Shown here: positions 40,299 through 50,498 of the stretch, one piece after another
How positions within the stretch are numbered: the first letter of the stretch is position 1
How the letters are laid out: each line of letters starts with the position of its first letter
Assembly: GCA_039589295.1 (NCBI GenBank)
Contig: JBDHHR010000004.1
Coordinates: 26,554-90,553, forward strand
Source of the DNA: Gemmatimonadota bacterium
GTDB lineage: Bacteria; Gemmatimonadota; Gemmatimonadetes; Palauibacterales; Palauibacteraceae
Direction: 5' to 3'
Length of the DNA: 64,000 bases
Notes under the pieces: model-generated
What the model was told of the DNA's origin: nothing
Databases searched by the model: none
The model's input: only the letters and a program-made list of their open reading frames with translations
Made by a program: the position numbers and the translations under genes

Positions 40299-41279
40299 TC
40301 ACCCTCCGACCTCACTGAGCGCCAAGAGACCGCCGCTCCCCCGCGCGGTGCCGAGTTGCAGCCAGTGTCGCTCAGGCTTGCCGGCCAAGGCATCCTGCAC
40401 CGCCTCAAGCACGCTTCCGGTCTCCCGCAAAGGCGTCTTCAGGTCCACCTGGTGCGTCCCGAACAGGCACGTACGCAGGAAGCCGTCTGCCGTGAGCCGC
40501 ATGCGGTTGCACCTGTCACAGAAGTTGTGCGACAGGGGCGTGATCACGCCCACCGAGCCCGGCGCGCCTTGGTACTGGAAATACTGCGCCGGGCCGTTTC
40601 CCAGGGGTCCCGGGATACGCTGCAGATCTCCGATCTGCGAGATGCGCTCCAGAATCTCGTCGGCGGAGAGGAAGCTGCTGCTGAGGTGGAGGTTCTCACC
40701 CGTCGGCATGAGCTCAATGAAACGAACGTGCCAGGGACGCTCCCGGCTCATTCCGGCAAACTCCGGCAACTCATCGTCGTTGATGCCGCGCAACATCACG
40801 GTGTTGACCTTCAGCGGCCGAAACCCGACTCGTTCGGCCACCGCGATACCCTCCATAGTGGCGTCGAAGAAGCGCACCGGACGACGCGCTATGCCCTCGA
40901 ACCGGCTCCGCCTGAGAGTATCGAGGCTGATGTTGACCCTGGTGACGCCGGCCTCGCACAGCTCGACGGCGAATTGAGGCAGGAGAACCGCATTCGTGGA
41001 GAGCGCGATGTCCTCGATGCCCGGTACTGCCGCCAGCATGCGAATCAACTCGGGCAGGTCGCGCCTGACAAGCGGCTCGCCCCCGGTAATTCTCAGCCGC
41101 TCCAGACCCAGTCCCGCCATCTGCCGGACTATGCGCGTAATCTCCTCGTAGGTGAGACATTCCTCGCGATCGATCCACTTCAGACCCTGCACTGGCATGC
41201 AGTACGTACAGCGGAGGTTACACTTGTCCGTAACCGAGATGCGCAGGTAGTTGATTCGTCTGCCGAACTGGTCTTTCAT
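40299..41279 (-). CDS. moaA: GTP 3',8-cyclase
   Basis: YLRISVTDKCNLRCTYC, TGGEP, RFIELMP, FCDRCNRMR...CLF, C-terminal GG. Confidence 0.96.
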   Translation of the reverse strand: MKDQFGRRINYLRISVTDKCNLRCTYCMPVQGLKWIDREECLTYEEITRIVRQMAGLGLERLRITGGEPLVRRDLPELIRMLAAVPGIEDIALSTNAVLLPQFAVELCEAGVTRVNISLDTLRRSRFEGIARRPVRFFDATMEGIAVAERVGFRPLKVNTVMLRGINDDELPEFAGMSRERPWHVRFIELMPTGENLHLSSSFLSADEILERISQIGDLQRIPGPLGNGPAQYFQYQGAPGSVGVITPLSHNFCDRCNRMRLTADGFLRTCLFGTHQVDLKTPLRETGSVLEAVQDALAGKPERHWLQLGTARGSGGLLALSEVGG

Positions 41280-41761
41280 GCCTGCTCCACCGGAAGTCCG
41301 TCGAGCCAGGTAGCTGATCCGTCCTCGTACTCTTCCTTCTTCCACACCGGCAGTCTGGTCTTCAACTGCTCTATGACGTAACGGACCGCGGCCATCGCCG
41401 GATCCCGATGCGGAGCAGCTGCAGCCACCACCAGGCTCACCTCCCCTGCCTCGAGCGTGCCTACCCGATGCTCAACGGCGACCTGGGTCACCGGTTGCAG
41501 CGCCAGTGCTTCGCGAGCGATCTCGCGAAGCACCTCGTCGGCCATTTCACGGTACGCCTCGTAGTGCAGACGGACCACCACCCGGCCGCTGCTGCGCGCC
41601 CGAACCCTGCCTTCGAACACCACCGCCGCCCCATCCTCCCGCGTACCCAGCCTTTCAAGGAGATCTGCTGCGACCAACGGGTTGTCGGTCACGGCCGCGA
41701 CCACCACGGAAGAGCTGGCGAGCGTCTCTTCTCCCGACCTCCCACGTTCCGTCGAGGCCAT
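41276..41761 (-). CDS. moaE: Molybdopterin synthase large subunit
   Basis: GAAVVFEGRVR, YEAY, HRVG, PVWKKE. Confidence 0.94.
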   Translation of the reverse strand: MASTERGRSGEETLASSSVVVAAVTDNPLVAADLLERLGTREDGAAVVFEGRVRARSSGRVVVRLHYEAYREMADEVLREIAREALALQPVTQVAVEHRVGTLEAGEVSLVVAAAAPHRDPAMAAVRYVIEQLKTRLPVWKKEEYEDGSATWLDGLPVEQA

Positions 41762-41767
41762 CGTCCC

Positions 41768-42028
41768 TCAGCCTCCGGCTACCGGAGGAATCAGGGCGAC
41801 CTCGTCGCCGGGCCGCAGCGCATGGTCGGAGCGGACATAACGACGGTTCACCGAGATCGCCAGCATGCCCGACGACAGGGCCTCCAGCGGCGAGTCCCGC
41901 ACCACCCTCTCCACGAGTTCACCGACGACGCTGCCGGAAGCCAGCGTGACACTCAGCTCGGAAACTCCCATCAGCTCGCGCAAATGGCCGAACAGCAGGA
42001 CCCGTACGGGGAACTCCGACCCATTCAC
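41768..42028 (-). CDS. moaD: Molybdopterin synthase sulfur carrier (MoaD/ThiS family)
   Basis: VLLFGHLRE, GDEVALIPPVAGG C-terminus. Confidence 0.94.
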   Translation of the reverse strand: MNGSEFPVRVLLFGHLRELMGVSELSVTLASGSVVGELVERVVRDSPLEALSSGMLAISVNRRYVRSDHALRPGDEVALIPPVAGG

Positions 42029-42315
42029 TTCGAGTAGTCTCCCCCTCCGACGGCGTCAGCCGTCTCGATGTACCTGAGGAACTTGCCGACCGAATCGTGA
42101 CGTCGAAGCGTACCAACGCGAACCCGCGTCCCCCTGCCCTCAGGGTCGAGGAACGCTGCCACCGCCAGGCGATTCCTGAAAGTGCCGAGCGTAACATGCG
42201 AACCGCTCTCGTCCAGGATAGTCGCCGGTGATATCGAGTCCTCGGCGGTGAAGAAACGTCTCGCCTCTTCCAGGACGCGCTCCGGGCTGGCCCTCGTTAT
42301 GGTCTCGCTGGTCAT
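42025..42315 (-). CDS. Hypothetical protein coupled to moaD
   Basis: 96-aa ORF with alpha/beta pattern; stop overlaps moaD GTG start. Confidence 0.7.
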   Translation of the reverse strand: MTSETITRASPERVLEEARRFFTAEDSISPATILDESGSHVTLGTFRNRLAVAAFLDPEGRGTRVRVGTLRRHDSVGKFLRYIETADAVGGGDYSK

Positions 42316-42337
42316 GGAATCTCAGAATGTGTAGTTC

Positions 42338-42367
42338 TTGACGTCTTCCGGACGCTTCAGGTATGAT
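42338..42367 (+). promoter_or_regulatory. Sigma70 promoter for aminotransferase gene
   Basis: TTGACG (42338-42343), 18 nt, TATGAT (42362-42367). Confidence 0.65.
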
Positions 42368-42479
42368 CCGCCGGAAAAGGCCGCCCGATGCAGGGGCCGC
42401 GGCACCTGCGGGGCGGCTGCTGTATCCGAAGAATAGCCGACGGACGCATCTCCTACAATCACCGCCACGGGGAGGCAGC

Positions 42480-43646
42480 GTGCGCTTTTCCCAGAACGTC
42501 GCTTCACTGGTACCATCGGCGACCCTGGCCCTGCGCGCCAGGGCGAAGCAGCTGCAGGCGGAAGGACGTTCGGTAATAGACCTGTCGGCCGGCGAGCCCT
42601 CCTTCCGCACGCCCGGTACGGCCGTGGACGCCGCCATGGAATCCATCCGGAGCGGACGCGGCACGGGCTACCCCCCGACGCAGGGAATCCCGGAGCTACG
42701 TGAGGCGGCGGTCCGCTATCTGGCCGACACCACGTCACACCCGTCGGGGGATGCCGGCTGTGTCCTCGTAAGCGCTGGAGTGAAGCAGGCCCTCTTCAAC
42801 CTCTCGTTCTGCCTTTTCGAGGAAGGCGACGAGGTGCTGATTCCTGCTCCGTACTGGCCGACCTACCTCGCGACCGTCGAGTTGGCGGGTGGGACGCCCG
42901 TAACGGTGCCGACACGTTGGCAAGACGGATTCCGACTGGATCCCGACCAGCTGGAGCGCTTGCGTACCCGGCATACCCGGGGACTCTTTCTTAACTCACC
43001 GGCCAATCCGAGCGGCGGCGTCTACGACGTGGAGCTCCTTGCCGAGATCTGCGCGTGGGCAGAACGGCACGGCGTGTGGGTCGTCTCGGATGAGATATAC
43101 CGCCGGTTGTATTACCACGGCGCTGCGGCCCCGTCGGTCTTCGACATTCCGGAGCGTTCGGAACGCGTCGTGCTTCTGGACGGAGTCTCCAAGACTTTTT
43201 CCATGCCCGGCTGGCGCATCGGCTTCGCCGTTGGCCCTGCCGAGTTGATTCGGGAGGCTAGTGCCCTCCAGAGCCAGACCACTTCGGCGGCCGCCGGGCC
43301 GTCTCAGTACGCTGCTTTGGGCGTGCTGACGGCCCCGGATCGAGAGCTCATCATAGACGGCTTCAAGGAGATTCTGGATCGGAGACGGCGCTTCGCCGTG
43401 GAAGCCCTTCGCGATGTCCCGGGGCTGCAGGCGGCCGAGCCCGACGGTGCCATCTACGTATACCCCAGGTTAACTGACACGAGGAACTCGGCAGTCGTTG
43501 CGGAGGTCCTTCTCCTGGAAGCGGGAGTGGCGTGCGTTCCGGGCGAATCGTTCGGCACACCTGGCTTTCTCAGGCTGAACTACTCCGTTGACGACGCAGT
43601 GCTGGCGGAGGGCGTTGCCCGCATCAACGCGCAGCTCAGAGGGTAG
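42480..43646 (+). CDS. Class I PLP-dependent (aspartate-type) aminotransferase
   Basis: GTG at 42480 after GGAGG; LSAGEP, NSPANPSG, SDEIY, GVSKTFSMPGWRIG. Confidence 0.92.
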   Translation: MRFSQNVASLVPSATLALRARAKQLQAEGRSVIDLSAGEPSFRTPGTAVDAAMESIRSGRGTGYPPTQGIPELREAAVRYLADTTSHPSGDAGCVLVSAGVKQALFNLSFCLFEEGDEVLIPAPYWPTYLATVELAGGTPVTVPTRWQDGFRLDPDQLERLRTRHTRGLFLNSPANPSGGVYDVELLAEICAWAERHGVWVVSDEIYRRLYYHGAAAPSVFDIPERSERVVLLDGVSKTFSMPGWRIGFAVGPAELIREASALQSQTTSAAAGPSQYAALGVLTAPDRELIIDGFKEILDRRRRFAVEALRDVPGLQAAEPDGAIYVYPRLTDTRNSAVVAEVLLLEAGVACVPGESFGTPGFLRLNYSVDDAVLAEGVARINAQLRG

Positions 43647-43684
43647 AGCCGGCGGGGCGGAACGTCTACACCGCCGAGCCTGTC

Positions 43685-43972
43685 TTAGAAGCTCTCGTCG
43701 ACTTGCGTCTTGAAGAGACGCGAGGGCTTGAATACCGGTACTGCTCGCGCCGGAACTTCCACGGAGTCCCCCGTCCTCGGGTTTCTCGCCATTCTCGGCC
43801 GGCGGCGGCGAACCTTGAACGTGCCGAACCCTCGGATCTCGATGTGCTCGCCGTTGGCGAGCGCTTGCCTCACCGCGTTCAGAAGGGCATCGACCACGGC
43901 TCCGCAGTCCTTCTTGGTGACGCCTGGTCCGATGGCCTGGTACACCTGTTCAACGAGGTCTGCCTTCGTCAT
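43685..43972 (-). CDS. HU/IHF family DNA-binding protein
   Basis: MTKADLV, IEIRGFGTF, ARNPRTG, PVFKPS. Confidence 0.96.
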   Translation of the reverse strand: MTKADLVEQVYQAIGPGVTKKDCGAVVDALLNAVRQALANGEHIEIRGFGTFKVRRRRPRMARNPRTGDSVEVPARAVPVFKPSRLFKTQVDESF

Positions 43973-44029
43973 GACTTAGCTCCCTCTCCGCCAGTTGATG
44001 GTTAGCCGACCTCCCGCCGGCCGGTACCA

Positions 44030-44932
44030 CTACGGCCACTGATACCTCAGGCTCGGCGTTCGCCCCTTACCCGACAGCAGCGACCGTGCCCAGGTAAGGG
44101 CCCGAGACTCTTCGATGCCTCTCAACAGGTCCAGCACTCCGACCCGCCGCTCCGTTGGACGCACCGTCTTGGGTCGGTCGCCGAGCCCGGCCATGCGCCC
44201 CGCCGTCGAGATCGCCTCGGGCAGCGTCCCCAATCGGTCGACCAGGCCGAGCTCGACGGCCCTCTCGCCCGAGAAGATGCGTCCGTCGGCCAGGGCGATG
44301 ACCTCCTCCCGGCCCATGCCGCGGTTCTTCTCTACCGCGGTCACGAACTGTCCGTACACGTCGTCGACAACCTCCTGCAGGATCCTGCGATCTTCCTCCG
44401 TGAGCTCTCGCACGGGAGATCCCATATCCTTGTGCTCGCCGCTCTTCACCACCTGGAGGTCCAGACCGACCTTGCGCAGCAACTCCCGCGCATACGGGAA
44501 CTCCATAATGACTCCGATGGAGCCGGTGATCGATCCCGGGAGGGCCATTATCGAGTCGCACGCCAGGGCCACGTAATAGCCGCCGGACGCGCCGATTTCC
44601 CCTATCCAGGCAACGACCGGCCGCTCATCCGTTTCTCGCAGGCGTTCCAGCTCCCGGTAAATGCTCTGGGCGGGCCCGACCACGCCTCCGGGCGAGCGGA
44701 TCTCAATCACGAAGGCCCTCACCGCCTGATCCTCCCGGTACTTCTCCAGGTGTCGCAGGATGGCGCGGTCGGATTCTATGATCCCCGTGATCGGAAGAAT
44801 GGCGACCTTGGACTCCGATACCAGCGGCACGTACGCACCGACCAGAAGACGACCGACAACGATCGCCCCGATGGCGAAAAAACCCAGTAACAGGCCGATG
44901 CTGAGAACCGTAGAGCGACGCCGCACAGCCAT
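44030..44932 (-). CDS. sppA: Signal peptide peptidase SppA (36K type)
   Basis: SPGG, GASGGYY, TGSIGV, KSGEHKD, ADGRIFSG, GLVD. Confidence 0.93.
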   Translation of the reverse strand: MAVRRRSTVLSIGLLLGFFAIGAIVVGRLLVGAYVPLVSESKVAILPITGIIESDRAILRHLEKYREDQAVRAFVIEIRSPGGVVGPAQSIYRELERLRETDERPVVAWIGEIGASGGYYVALACDSIMALPGSITGSIGVIMEFPYARELLRKVGLDLQVVKSGEHKDMGSPVRELTEEDRRILQEVVDDVYGQFVTAVEKNRGMGREEVIALADGRIFSGERAVELGLVDRLGTLPEAISTAGRMAGLGDRPKTVRPTERRVGVLDLLRGIEESRALTWARSLLSGKGRTPSLRYQWP

Positions 44933-45025
44933 AATCCCCCTCGTACGGAGGAGGGATCCTCCCCGGTGGAGAAAGTAGGATTGCGCGGACCCCGGGGGGA
45001 TGGGTCCCGCGCGTCGGCTTCCGTG

Positions 45026-45055
45026 AAAGTACAGCCCGCTGGTGAGACCTGTCAA
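45026..45055 (-). promoter_or_regulatory. Putative sigma70 promoter for sppA-HU, overlapping carA stop
   Basis: TTGACA (45055-45050), 18 nt, TACTTT (45031-45026). Confidence 0.55.
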
Positions 45056-46182
45056 CCGGTTGGAACTGCGGAAGTTGCGGTCATAGCAGCCACGAACCGA
45101 TCGAACAGGTAGCGGCTGTCGTGCGGACCGGGCGCCGATTCCGGGTGATACTGAACGGCGAAGACCGGTCGTTCCCGGTGGCAGATCCCTTCTATCGTCC
45201 CGTCGTTGAGGCTTCTGTGGGTCACCCGGAGGTCAGGAACGCCTGTTACCGAAGCGTCATCGCCGACCACTGCGAAGCCATGGTTCTGCGAGGTGATCTC
45301 TACCGTCCCGCGGTCGAGGTCGCTCACCGGGTGGTTTCCACCGCGGTGGCCGTACGGAAGCTTGACCGTTCCCCCGCCGAAAGCCCGAGCTATCAACTGG
45401 CAGCCGAGGCAGATTCCGAACAGCGGGATGCCCGCGTCGCTGAGCGCGAGCAGCTTGTCGGCCGCCCCTGGAACGGCCGCCGGATCGCCCGGGCCGTTCG
45501 AGACGAAGACACCCGATGGCCTTGCCTCGAGGATGGCCTGCGGCGCAGTTGAGGCAGGAACCACCAGGACTGCGTAGCCGGCCTCGGCGATCAGATCCAG
45601 GCTCCTTCGTTTCACCCCGTAGTCGAGGCATACTACCCGGCCTCGCCGTTCCCCAACCGCCGGAACTCTGTACGGCCGAGCGGTGCTCACGCCACTGGCC
45701 AGATCCCGGCCCTGCATGCTCGGCTCTGACAGCAACCGCTCGCGGGCGCGCTCCTCGCTCCAGCCGGCAGGCGCGATCACCGCACGCATGGCGCCCAGTT
45801 CGCGGATGTGACGTGTCACCGCCCGCGTATCCAGTCCAACGAGGCACGGGATACGGTGCGCGGCCAGGTAGTCCGCCAGCCCTCCCTCGGCCCTCCAGCC
45901 AGTAGTGGCGCGCGCGAGCTCGCGCACGACGAAGCCCGCGACCCAGGGGCGACGAGATTGGACGTCCCCCGGCGACACGCCGTAGTTACCTATCATGGGC
46001 GCGGTCATTACGACGATCTGGCCCGCGAAGGAGGGATCCGTCAGGACCTCCTGGTAGCCAGTCAGGTTGGTGGTGAAAACGACCTCCCCGGCACCGGCCT
46101 CGCCGCTACCCGACAGACTTCCGGAGAAGCGCCTTCCGTCCTCCAGGAGCAGGTACCCGTTGGGATCTTGCGCGAGCGTCAC
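45052..46182 (-). CDS. carA: Carbamoyl-phosphate synthase small subunit
   Basis: LLLEDG, GYQEVLTDPS, SNGPGDP, GICLG, SQNHGFAV, QYHPE. Confidence 0.96.
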   Translation of the reverse strand: MTLAQDPNGYLLLEDGRRFSGSLSGSGEAGAGEVVFTTNLTGYQEVLTDPSFAGQIVVMTAPMIGNYGVSPGDVQSRRPWVAGFVVRELARATTGWRAEGGLADYLAAHRIPCLVGLDTRAVTRHIRELGAMRAVIAPAGWSEERARERLLSEPSMQGRDLASGVSTARPYRVPAVGERRGRVVCLDYGVKRRSLDLIAEAGYAVLVVPASTAPQAILEARPSGVFVSNGPGDPAAVPGAADKLLALSDAGIPLFGICLGCQLIARAFGGGTVKLPYGHRGGNHPVSDLDRGTVEITSQNHGFAVVGDDASVTGVPDLRVTHRSLNDGTIEGICHRERPVFAVQYHPESAPGPHDSRYLFDRFVAAMTATSAVPTG

Positions 46183-46234
46183 TACCAGGCTCCAATTGGT
46201 CCTCAGTCATACGACGAATGCCGCGCGTGCGCTC

Positions 46235-46834
46235 ATGGACGAACAACTGGTCTATATCTACGCTGACGAATCCTGCCTCGGCAACCAGTCGCGGGAGGCG
46301 CCACGACCCGGTGCGGCCGCGGGCCTGCTCGAACGGTTCGATTCGCGCACCGGCTGGTACCGTAGGGACTTCTGCCACTACGAGCCCGACACGACCAACA
46401 ACCGAATGGCGCTCCAGTCAGGCATCATAGGACTTTCGGCCCTTCGCCGGCCCTGCAAGGTCGTTCTTACCTCCGACAGCAAGTACCTGGTCACGGGAAT
46501 GAAGGAGTGGGTCCACAGCTGGGTGCGTCGAGGCTGGCGGCGGAAAGGAGGGACCGTCGAGAGTATCGAGTTGTGGCGGCTACTGGTGGAGATCAGCGCC
46601 CGTCATACGGTTGAATGGCGATGGGTTCGCGGTCATGCGAACCATCCGAAGAACGAGTACGCGAACGACCTGGCAGTACGAACTGCCAGATCGGGCAAGG
46701 GTAAGGCCACGCTCGTAGAATCCGGCTTCGACGAATGGGTGCGGGAACAGATCGACCGGGGGAAATACGCGGACTTCCTGGATACGCCTCCGGACCAACC
46801 CTTCCGTCCCGACCCGTCACCAACCCCGGCGTAG
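46235..46834 (+). CDS. rnhA: Ribonuclease HI
   Basis: YIYADESC, TTNNRMAL, TSDSKY, WVRGHA...NEYANDLA. Confidence 0.9.
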   Translation: MDEQLVYIYADESCLGNQSREAPRPGAAAGLLERFDSRTGWYRRDFCHYEPDTTNNRMALQSGIIGLSALRRPCKVVLTSDSKYLVTGMKEWVHSWVRRGWRRKGGTVESIELWRLLVEISARHTVEWRWVRGHANHPKNEYANDLAVRTARSGKGKATLVESGFDEWVREQIDRGKYADFLDTPPDQPFRPDPSPTPA

Positions 46835-46847
46835 GACCCCGCCTGGC

Positions 46848-47258
46848 TCAGTTCTGGTCAGTCTCTCCCGGACTGTCGGCCGGCTCTGGCTCCCCGGTCT
46901 CGGCCGCCGTTCCTTCCTGGCCCGACAGGTCACCAGGAGCCTCGGACTCGAGGACCGAGGTCGGCGCCGTCGCCGGCTGCTGCCCGAACTCGCTTCGCAG
47001 GATGGACTCGGGCGTTTCCGTCGAGCGTGCCGACAGTATCGCCAGTACAACCGCAAGGAAGAGAAAGGAGCCGCCTCCGACCCAAGTGGCTTTGGTGAGG
47101 ACGGTCGCCGCCTGGCGGCCTCCGATGACCGAGTCCGTGGAGGATGACGCGCCGCCGAACTCGGCAGCGAGGCCTCCACCCTTTCCCGACTGAAGAAGGA
47201 TGATCAGAATCAGGAGAAGCGCCAGGACGCTGATGATGGCGACCAGAAACGTAAACAT
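46848..47258 (-). CDS. secG: Preprotein translocase subunit SecG
   Basis: ILLQSGKGGGLAAEFGG...LTKATW; follows tpiA. Confidence 0.93.
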   Translation of the reverse strand: MFTFLVAIISVLALLLILIILLQSGKGGGLAAEFGGASSSTDSVIGGRQAATVLTKATWVGGGSFLFLAVVLAILSARSTETPESILRSEFGQQPATAPTSVLESEAPGDLSGQEGTAAETGEPEPADSPGETDQN

Positions 47259-47278
47259 TCGTTCCCTTCCGATAGGAC

Positions 47279-47307
47279 AAAAAAGATGCGGGCCGCCACT
47301 GCCCGCA
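47279..47307 (-). terminator. Intrinsic terminator-like hairpin upstream of secG
   Basis: TGCGGGC-agtggcg-GCCCGCA followed by TCTTTTTT on minus strand. Confidence 0.55.
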
Positions 47308-47317
47308 CCACCCTATA

Positions 47318-47346
47318 AAGCTAGGCGACGACCCCCGCCGCGTCAA
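47318..47346 (-). promoter_or_regulatory. Putative sigma70 promoter upstream of secG
   Basis: TTGACG (47346-47341), 17 nt, TAGCTT (47323-47318). Confidence 0.55.
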
Positions 47347-47389
47347 TGACCTGGCGGCGCCCGCGGTGGCCGCGGCCGGCGCCAGCCCG

Positions 47390-48160
47390 TCACGCTACCG
47401 GGCAGTCGCAGATGACGGCGAAGGCCTCGGGGTCCAGGCTCGCTCCACCGACCAGTACGCCGTCCACCCCCTGGGCCGCCATCAGGCTCTCGATGTTGTC
47501 CCGCTGCACGCTGCCACCATACAGGATGGTCGCCGCGGAACCTGCGTTCTCTCCTGCCAGTCGGGTGATCACCAAGCGCAGGATGGCGTGCGCCTCAGCT
47601 GCGTCGTCCGGCGAGGCATTCCTGCCGGTACCGATCGCCCACACGGGCTCGTAGGCATAAGTCAGGCTATTACGCCCTTCATCATCCAGGCTCGAGACCA
47701 CGCTCTCCGCCTGACGGGCCAGCACGGTTCCCAGCTCTCCACGTTCCCGTTCCTCGAGCGTCTCGCCGACGCATAGGATCGGCCGCAGACCTGCCTCCAG
47801 GATCCGCGTCGTCTTCCGGCCCACGAGCCAGTCGTCATCGCCGAATTCGCGACGTCGCTCCGAGTGGCCCGCCATCGCCCAGCCCGCACCGGCACTAACC
47901 GCCATCTGCACCGAGATCGCACCCGTATGAGCCCCGGCAGCATCCTGGTGCACGTCCTGGACGCCGAACTCCAAATCCTTCCTCCGACCGGCCGCCTCCC
48001 GCAAGGCCTGTACGCTGATTGCAGGCGGGAAGAAGATCACCCGGCGGTCGGCATGCGGCTGATACAGGCGGGCAAACCGCTCCATGTATTCCGCCGTCTC
48101 CTGCGGACCCTTGTGCATCTTCCAGTTGGCCGCGAAAAGCGGCATCCGTATCCCGTTCAC
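47390..48160 (-). CDS. tpiA: Triosephosphate isomerase
   Basis: ANWKMH, GHSERR, AYEPVWAIGTG, LYGGSV, LVGGASL. Confidence 0.97.
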   Translation of the reverse strand: MNGIRMPLFAANWKMHKGPQETAEYMERFARLYQPHADRRVIFFPPAISVQALREAAGRRKDLEFGVQDVHQDAAGAHTGAISVQMAVSAGAGWAMAGHSERRREFGDDDWLVGRKTTRILEAGLRPILCVGETLEERERGELGTVLARQAESVVSSLDDEGRNSLTYAYEPVWAIGTGRNASPDDAAEAHAILRLVITRLAGENAGSAATILYGGSVQRDNIESLMAAQGVDGVLVGGASLDPEAFAVICDCPVA

Positions 48161-49352
48161 GCCTCGTCCAATGCCTCCACGCCCGGCAGGGTTCCTTCCG
48201 CCAGAAACTCCAGGGCCGCCCCGCCACCCGTGGACACATGCGAAACGGCCTCGGCGAGCCCGGCCTGCCTGATCGCGCTGGCCGAGTCTCCGCCACCCAC
48301 GACGGTGAAAGCGCCTGCGGCGGTGGCGTCCGCGGCAGCGGACGCCAGTGCGAAGGTACCCTCCTCAAAGCCCCGACGCTCGAACAGACCCATCGGCCCG
48401 TTCCAGAAGACAGTACCGGCCTCCCGCACGACCTGAGAGAACTCTCTCCGCGTCACGGGGCCTATGTCGAGTGCTGCCATCCCGCCGGGTATCCCGTCGG
48501 CCGGCACGGTCACCGCGTCCCCGGCGTCCGGGGCATCCACCTCGGCCACCAACAGGTCGCGGGGCAGGCGCAGTTTCCCGCCGGAGCGGGTCAGGAGGTC
48601 ACGCGCAACCTCCAGGGCCGCGGGCTCGACCAGGGAAGCGCCCAGCTCACAGCCCTCCGCAGCGAGGAAGGTATTGGCCATCGCGCCTCCGATTATCAGC
48701 TGGTCCGCACTCTCGAGGAACGCTTCCAGAAGCCCTATCTTATCGCCGATCTTCGCCCCACCCAGCGCCACCACGAACGGTCTCTGCGGCACCGCGCGGA
48801 GTCTTCCGAGAGCGTACAATTCTGCCTCGACCAGCAGTCCGGCCACGGCAGGTCGCAGGTATCGGGTGACGCCGACCACCGAGGCGTGAGCACGATGAGT
48901 GCTCCCGAACGCGTCGTTCACGAACAGGTCTCCGAGAGCGGCCAAGCGGCGGGCAAGTTCGGGATCGTTCCTTGTCTCGCCAGCGAGGAACCGGGTGTTC
49001 TCCAGCACGAGCACCGAGCCATGCGGCATGGCGCGGGTCGCTTGCGCCGCCTCTTCCGTATCGGTCGACCCGATGAACGCGGCGGGGGAGCCCAGCCGCT
49101 TCTCGAGAACGGGAGCGACCGGAGCCAGAGAGTACTTCGGGTCAACCCGCCCTCCGGGTCTGCCGAGGTGGGAAATCAGAACCGGCCGGCCTCCAGCGGC
49201 CAGGAGATGCCGAATAGTGGGAATCGTGGCCTCGACGCGTGTGGCATCTCGCACCCGCCCGTCATCGTCGAGAGGTACGTTGTAATCGACACGGACGAGA
49301 ACCCTGTGTTCCTCCAGCGCCTCCGGTGAGAGGTCTCGAAGACTCTTCCGCA

Positions 49353-49353
<1 letters not shown>
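48157..49353 (-). CDS. pgk: Phosphoglycerate kinase
   Basis: RVDYNVP, SHLGRP, NDAFG, WNGPMG, VSTGGGA. Confidence 0.97.
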
Positions 49354-50399
<1,046 letters not shown>

Positions 50400-50498
50400 T
50401 CATCCGCCGGCCCGGCGGCTGGGAGTCGCCGTGCGAAGGGCACCCTCGGCGGTTGAGCCATACCTTGCACCCGTCGGGGCCGGGAGACAAGACCCGTG

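Noticed and set aside
42316-42479. Moco riboswitch upstream of moa genes
   Set aside because: Could not recognise the conserved Moco motif elements by eye; kept only as a generic structured leader
42322-42738. Minus-strand ORF ending ...GSYLKRPEDVKNYTF just upstream of the moa operon
   Set aside because: Overlaps the aminotransferase and its promoter; no good start/RBS or family signal
46834-46848. tRNA-Leu commonly found after secG
   Set aside because: Only 13 nt between convergent rnhA and secG; no tRNA present
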